Assembly: GCA_030324005.1 (NCBI GenBank)
Contig: JARDVH010000133.1
Coordinates: 33,923,430 to 33,987,429, forward strand
DNA from: Negaprion brevirostris
Taxonomy: Eukaryota
Length of the DNA: 64,000 nt
Direction of reading: 5' to 3'
Part shown: positions 63,701 to 64,000 of the stretch, piece after piece
Numbering within the stretch: position 1 is the stretch's first letter
Layout of the letters: each line of letters starts with the position of its first letter
Program-made: the position numbers and the translations under genes
Notes under the pieces: generated by a model
What the model was told of the DNA's origin: nothing
What the model saw: the letters and a program-made list of their open reading frames with translations, nothing else
The model's database searches: none

Positions 63701-63978
63701 CATTCTGGTTGTTTAATATTCACTCATTTTATTGTTTGCACTCCTGTTGCTATTTAAAATACCACTGCCATTACAATTGACATAAAGCACACTGTCCATT
63801 CATTTATCCAAATATAGGTAAATGAATTGGTTCAGGTGGAGACATACTTACGAAGTGAAGGTGTGCTGGTTCGTTATTGGTACCCAATTGATATGCTGGA
63901 ACGCCCTCCCACAGGATACAGACGCACAGCTGCTTATGGACTTGTCACCCTGGACAATACAAACATCCAGATTCACAG
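650..63978 (+). CDS. HECTD4: HECTD4 (probable E3 ubiquitin-protein ligase), internal portion; 33 visible coding exons; start, stop and HECT domain lie outside the window
   Basis: Exons joined by hand at AG/GT(GC) boundaries give one continuous frame (except 55676->62048). The peptide matches vertebrate HECTD4 as I recall it, e.g. [77 protein letters not shown]. Confidence 0.95.
1028..1132 (+). CDS. HECTD4: HECTD4 exon 2
   Basis: atcag|GTT...CAG|gtaagt; [35 protein letters not shown]; phase 0/0. Confidence 0.93.
1258..1421 (+). CDS. HECTD4: HECTD4 exon 3 (ends at a GC donor)
   Basis: tgcag|GAG...CAG AG|gcaagt; [13 protein letters not shown]...RSKLLQR; phase 0/2. Confidence 0.9.
2700..2942 (+). 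CDS. HECTD4: HECTD4 exon 4
   Basis: ttacag|A TGC...ATT AA|gtgcgt; [21 protein letters not shown]...PQFRPSIK; phase 2/2. Confidence 0.92.
3984..4176 (+). CDS. HECTD4: HECTD4 exon 5
   Basis: ttctag|G GAA...CAG|gtaaag; [11 protein letters not shown]...NAMERQLQ; phase 2/0. Confidence 0.93.
4909..5013 (+). CDS. HECTD4: HECTD4 exon 6
   Basis: ctatag|AGT...GAG|gttagt; [35 protein letters not shown]; phase 0/0. Confidence 0.92.
5225..5410. repeat. Palindromic interspersed repeat (Penelope-derived/MITE-like); relatives near 31590-31830, 32200-32290, 54620-54710
   Basis: Arms aggtcaggcaac...gagagaaagagttagtgtttcaggtt and aacctgaagcattaactccatttctctc...ttgctgcctgacttg are approximate reverse complements; the motif recurs in the window. 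Confidence 0.55.
5794..6068 (+). mobile_element. tRNA-derived SINE (HE1-like shark SINE)
   Basis: ggggcagcacggtggcacagtggttag (A box), gttcgattcc (B box), conserved core ttctccctgtgtctgcatgggtttcc, A-rich tail aataaataaaa. Confidence 0.75.
6190..6460 (-). mobile_element. Old DeuSINE/SacSINE-like fragment
   Basis: Diverged reverse-complement match to the Deu-domain-like sequence seen at 53030-53280. Confidence 0.45.
6580..6668 (+). CDS. HECTD4: HECTD4 exon 7
   Basis: ctccag|AGT...TTA AG|gtatga; [29 protein letters not shown]; phase 0/2. Confidence 0.9.
7369..7575 (-). mobile_element. Rex1/Babar-type LINE 3' fragment (probably continues into gap 6792-7368)
   Basis: Translates [31 protein letters not shown]; near-identical second copy at 60210-60420. 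Confidence 0.7.
8600..10985 (+). mobile_element. Degenerate RTE-type (BovB-like) LINE
   Basis: Ordered remnants with stops and frameshifts: GDFNAKVG (APE), [29 protein letters not shown] (RT), [28 protein letters not shown]...SHLRTH (C2H2-like), then the 3' tail gtggaagcaagtcatccttgactccgagg. Confidence 0.8.
11116..11516. mobile_element. Inverted-repeat (hairpin) element, Penelope-like family; other copies near 13640-13720, 42055-42170, 59230-59370
   Basis: Left arm aagaagtctctcaacacca...tttatttggtagcaaaagccactagcttt...aaactcaatttacaaaat is the reverse complement of right arm attttgtaaattgagttt...aaagctggtggcttttgctaccaaataaa...tgttgtgagacttctt. Confidence 0.65.
11598..11773 (+). CDS. HECTD4: HECTD4 exon 8
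   Basis: aaacag|G GAG...CCA G|gtacga; [10 protein letters not shown]...[10 protein letters not shown]; phase 2/1. Confidence 0.92.
12369..12504 (+). CDS. HECTD4: HECTD4 exon 9
   Basis: taccag|CT TGT...CAA AG|gtaaag; [12 protein letters not shown]...EFTRANQ; phase 1/2. Confidence 0.92.
13466..13640 (-). mobile_element. HE1-like SINE 3' part
   Basis: catagaatc tail plus ggccattcggc...aagggtcaatttagca...cacatcttt; same family as 19265-19582. Confidence 0.65.
13740..15665 (+). mobile_element. Degenerate CR1/L2-group LINE (RT domain to 3' end)
   Basis: [70 protein letters not shown] remnants; tail ...cccacatctcataaatgaat. Confidence 0.8.
14552..14737 (-). mobile_element. HE1-like SINE fragment nested in the LINE, with GGTCA target-site duplication
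   Basis: GGTCA at 14547-14551 and 14738-14742; removing the insert restores gttggaggtcaatca in the LINE. Confidence 0.75.
16796..16937 (+). CDS. HECTD4: HECTD4 exon 10
   Basis: tttcag|G AGA...GCT|gtaagt; [18 protein letters not shown]...IGTNPDQA; phase 2/0. Confidence 0.92.
17522..17688 (+). CDS. HECTD4: HECTD4 exon 11
   Basis: ctttag|GTG...CCA AG|gtgaga; [17 protein letters not shown]...VLQGGP; phase 0/2. Confidence 0.93.
18745..19120 (-). mobile_element. tRNA-derived SINE sharing a 3' tail with the CR1/L2-group LINE; related copies near 13020-13310 and 40240-40550 (+)
   Basis: ggattcgaacc (reverse B box), core ggagtcacatgtaagccagacc...ggcagatttccttcc. Confidence 0.6.
19265..19582 (-). 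mobile_element. HE1-like SINE, near full length
   Basis: Reverse of ggtggcacagtggttagcac...gggacccgggctcaattcc..., ending in catagaat tail. Confidence 0.8.
20221..20367 (+). CDS. HECTD4: HECTD4 exon 12
   Basis: tctcag|G ATT...ACC AG|gtaggg; [12 protein letters not shown]...LCTIPYT; phase 2/2. Confidence 0.93.
21060..21590 (+). mobile_element. CR1 LINE 3' end, degenerate
   Basis: gttcagaggagttttattaga...tggagtttagaagagtaaggg...agagcaggctggaagggctaaatggc, CR1 ORF2 C-terminus and 3' UTR. Confidence 0.65.
21758..22020 (-). mobile_element. HE1-like SINE
   Basis: catagaatcataga tail; ggaggaaaccagagcacccggaggaaacccacacagac core. Confidence 0.7.
22040..23340 (-). mobile_element. Highly degenerate CR1/L2-group LINE (same family as 13740-15665)
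   Basis: Reverse-strand remnants [14 protein letters not shown]...[41 protein letters not shown]. Confidence 0.6.
25546..25730 (+). CDS. HECTD4: HECTD4 exon 13
   Basis: atttag|G AGT...GAA G|gtgagg; [18 protein letters not shown]...CVEWEKEE; phase 2/1. Confidence 0.93.
26664..26817 (+). CDS. HECTD4: HECTD4 exon 14
   Basis: aaccag|GT GTA...TCC AG|gtaagg; [16 protein letters not shown]...LLNDLS; phase 1/2. Confidence 0.92.
27574..27854 (+). CDS. HECTD4: HECTD4 exon 15
   Basis: tatcag|A AGT...CCA G|gtaagt; [18 protein letters not shown]...KLADYVVP; phase 2/1. Confidence 0.93.
29041..29230 (+). CDS. HECTD4: HECTD4 exon 16
   Basis: cctcag|GG TGT...CTC AG|gtaggt; [11 protein letters not shown]...HEVLQPLL; phase 1/2. 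Confidence 0.92.
29690..30020 (+). mobile_element. HE1-like SINE, full length
   Basis: agcactgctgcctcacagctccagggacccgggttcgattccc head, conserved core, ggattctgtgat tail. Confidence 0.8.
30305..30386 (+). CDS. HECTD4: HECTD4 exon 17 (tagCAG NAGNAG acceptor)
   Basis: ttgtag|C AGT...AAA|gtaagg; [27 protein letters not shown]; phase 2/0. Confidence 0.9.
30962..31164 (+). CDS. HECTD4: HECTD4 exon 18
   Basis: ttgcag|AGT...GCC AG|gtatga; [15 protein letters not shown]...KNAELA; phase 0/2. Confidence 0.93.
32387..32522 (+). CDS. HECTD4: HECTD4 exon 19
   Basis: ctgcag|A ACT...AAA|gtaagt; [15 protein letters not shown]...WTTTAEK; phase 2/0. Confidence 0.93.
34320..34502 (+). CDS. HECTD4: HECTD4 exon 20
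   Basis: caacag|GTT...CAG|gtaatg; [15 protein letters not shown]...IGSEVQ; phase 0/0. Confidence 0.93.
35615..35779 (+). CDS. HECTD4: HECTD4 exon 21
   Basis: tcttag|GTT...GAG|gttagt; [13 protein letters not shown]...RLCTPRCE; phase 0/0. Confidence 0.92.
35846..36154. mobile_element. hAT/Charlie-like MITE
   Basis: Terminal inverted repeats CAGTGCTTCCCAAAC / GTTTGGGAACCTCTG; imperfect 8-bp flanks ATTTAAGA / AATTAAGT. Confidence 0.65.
36977..37146 (+). CDS. HECTD4: HECTD4 exon 22
   Basis: ttttag|GCC...ACA AG|gtaatg; [15 protein letters not shown]...VAEIRT; phase 0/2. Confidence 0.93.
38128..38285 (-). mobile_element. HE1-like SINE 3' fragment
   Basis: tagaatctctatagtacaaaaggaggccatttggccc...gggtcaatttagc. 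Confidence 0.65.
38493..38608 (+). CDS. HECTD4: HECTD4 exon 23
   Basis: tcacag|A GCC...CCT G|gtatgt; [18 protein letters not shown]...AQECSP; phase 2/1. Confidence 0.93.
39131..39463 (-). mobile_element. CR1 LINE 3' tail (39131-39190) plus degenerate ORF2 C-terminal fragment (about 39215-39463)
   Basis: (agaacat)n tail and caggcccttcggcccacgatgtt; reverse strand translates [20 protein letters not shown]...[13 protein letters not shown] / [13 protein letters not shown] with a frameshift and a stop. Confidence 0.8.
39506..39814 (-). CDS. IGHM: Immunoglobulin mu heavy chain constant exon Cmu3
   Basis: Minus strand ttcacag|AT CCT...ACA G|gtgagc, 309 bp, phase 1/1, open. [23 protein letters not shown]...VNVSW...[11 protein letters not shown]...[15 protein letters not shown]. 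Confidence 0.92.
40697..41008 (-). CDS. IGHM: Immunoglobulin mu heavy chain constant exon Cmu2
   Basis: Minus strand ttctgaag|GT CCT...CGG G|gtaaga, 312 bp, phase 1/1, open. [13 protein letters not shown]...[12 protein letters not shown]...VKWLKNG...[17 protein letters not shown]...VYTCQVTH. Confidence 0.92.
41219..41518 (-). CDS. IGHM: Immunoglobulin mu heavy chain constant exon Cmu1 (shark-type IgM)
   Basis: Minus strand ttctttcccag|TG ACA...CCA T|gtaagt, 300 bp, phase 1/1, open frame. [14 protein letters not shown]...[10 protein letters not shown]...VTWKKNG...[21 protein letters not shown]...CEIQH has the C1-set Ig Cys/Trp/Cys pattern and closely resembles shark Cmu1 as I recall it. Confidence 0.92.
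41600..41755 (+). mobile_element. CR1 3' UTR fragment
   Basis: gaatggcggagtaggctcaatgggccgaatggtctactcc, typical CR1 terminal stem-loop region. Confidence 0.6.
42485..43200. repeat. Degenerate ~20-bp pyrimidine-rich minisatellite (consensus approx. GCTCTCTGCCCTTTCCCCCG)
   Basis: Repeated ctctctgccctttccc / ctctctcccctttc units; purine/G-rich on the minus (Ig sense) strand. Confidence 0.85.
43270..44705. repeat. Degenerate (TGAG)n/(GAGT)n simple repeat tract, about 1.4 kb
   Basis: gtgagtgagtgag variants throughout with almost no C on the + strand; runs into the 100-N gap. Confidence 0.9.
44806..44880 (-). mobile_element. CR1 ORF2 fragment (5'-truncation end)
   Basis: Reverse strand translates [25 protein letters not shown] without stops, the CR1 post-endonuclease motif. 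Confidence 0.7.
45212..45315 (+). CDS. HECTD4: HECTD4 exon 24
   Basis: tcgcag|GT GAA...CAG|gtaata; [16 protein letters not shown]...SDRRQ; phase 1/0, joins exon 23 in frame across the IgM-containing intron. Confidence 0.93.
47202..47363 (+). CDS. HECTD4: HECTD4 exon 25
   Basis: ttccag|CCA...CAG|gtaaga; [14 protein letters not shown]...SQIPVQ; phase 0/0. Confidence 0.93.
48235..48383 (+). CDS. HECTD4: HECTD4 exon 26 (SPRY-like domain)
   Basis: tctaag|GCA...CAC AA|gtatgt; [14 protein letters not shown]...GTCLFH; phase 0/2. Confidence 0.93.
48853..48932 (+). CDS. HECTD4: HECTD4 exon 27 (SPRY-like domain)
   Basis: ctgcag|T AAT...CCT G|gtaaat; [26 protein letters not shown]; phase 2/1. Confidence 0.92.
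49500..50350 (+). mobile_element. Old L2-type LINE 3' region
   Basis: ttggatgaacagaaaattcttccagttc...aagactaaagc, tgctgaaatcctcatcaatgcc...cttgactattctaatgctctcctg (AE.LI.A...LDY.NALL motif); related remnant near 57480-57880. Confidence 0.55.
51836..51999 (+). CDS. HECTD4: HECTD4 exon 28 (SPRY-like domain)
   Basis: ctttag|GT GAT...AAG|gtaatt; [12 protein letters not shown]...[10 protein letters not shown]...[10 protein letters not shown]; phase 1/0. Confidence 0.93.
53030..53285 (+). mobile_element. DeuSINE/SacSINE-like element
   Basis: aaagatcacatggcatgattttgaagaagagcaggagttctccctggtgttctggccaa...ctgtaaagcacttc; related piece at 54040-54200. Confidence 0.6.
53517..53754 (+). CDS. HECTD4: HECTD4 exon 29
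   Basis: taatag|AAT...CAG C|gtaagt; [19 protein letters not shown]...AAAQQ; phase 0/1. Confidence 0.93.
54745..55449. mobile_element. Putative solo LTR
   Basis: Begins TGTTA and ends TAACA (5-bp inverted termini); minus-strand AATAAA near 54900; composition differs from flanks; no TSD found. Confidence 0.35.
55540..55676 (+). CDS. HECTD4: HECTD4 exon 30 (acidic Asp run)
   Basis: ttgcag|AA TAT...AGA|gtaagt; [15 protein letters not shown]...[14 protein letters not shown]; phase 1/0. Confidence 0.92.
57030..57198 (+). mobile_element. Young CR1 RT fragment running into gap
   Basis: [30 protein letters not shown]...[15 protein letters not shown]. Confidence 0.85.
58105..58280 (+). mobile_element. 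CR1 3' end
   Basis: gtggtggcggacactctgggatcgtttaagac...ggcttggagggttgaagggcctgtttcctgtgct. Confidence 0.65.
58936..58990. repeat. (GT)n microsatellite followed by poly-G abutting a gap
   Basis: gtgtgtgtgt...aggcgggggg... then N run. Confidence 0.85.
59097..59222 (+). mobile_element. CR1 3' tail
   Basis: ggaccgaagggcctgtttgtgctgtag followed by (tgttcta)n. Confidence 0.7.
60070..60590 (-). mobile_element. Rex1/Babar-type LINE 3' end
   Basis: Translates [50 protein letters not shown]. Confidence 0.75.
62048..62185 (+). CDS. HECTD4: HECTD4 exon 31
   Basis: taacag|GT ATG...AAA G|gtaatt; [18 protein letters not shown]...DKVRK; phase 1/1. Confidence 0.93.
62729..62865 (+). CDS. HECTD4: HECTD4 exon 32
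   Basis: ctacag|GC CTA...ACG|gtaagc; [10 protein letters not shown]...VVLDVDT; phase 1/0. Confidence 0.92.
63818..63978 (+). CDS. HECTD4: HECTD4 exon 33
   Basis: atatag|GTA...CAC AG|gtaggt; [15 protein letters not shown]...NTNIQIH; phase 0/2. Confidence 0.93.
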
Positions 63979-64000
63979 GTAGGTTCTTTCAGAGTTAATG

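Noticed and set aside
1-64000. Prokaryotic systems (CRISPR arrays, operons, defence islands), tRNA or rRNA genes
   Set aside because: The window is spliced vertebrate DNA; the A/B-box motifs belong to SINE heads, and no repeat-spacer array is present.

Overview
This is eukaryotic genomic DNA, not prokaryotic. It is almost certainly from a cartilaginous fish (shark-type SINE/CR1/RTE repeats and a shark-type IgM heavy chain) and comes from a gappy draft assembly with 13 N-runs. The whole window lies inside one + strand gene, HECTD4 (very large HECT-family E3 ligase). I traced 33 internal coding exons (650-63978) by hand with consistent splice phases. These include one GC-AG intron and the SPRY-like domain exons. 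One expected exon is missing between 55676 and 62048. The standout feature is in the intron 38609-45211. On the opposite strand it holds three intact immunoglobulin mu constant exons (Cmu1 41518-41219, Cmu2 41008-40697, Cmu3 39814-39506), preceded by about 2.2 kb of strand-asymmetric tandem repeats. No V/D/J, Cmu4 or TM exons are present. The block is bracketed by two colinear pieces of a CR1 LINE and a 100-N gap. It is therefore either a real repeat-mediated IgM orphon nested antisense in HECTD4 or a chimeric assembly join; the sequence alone cannot decide. Protein and repeat family names come from my recollection of these families, not from a database search, and repeat boundaries are approximate.
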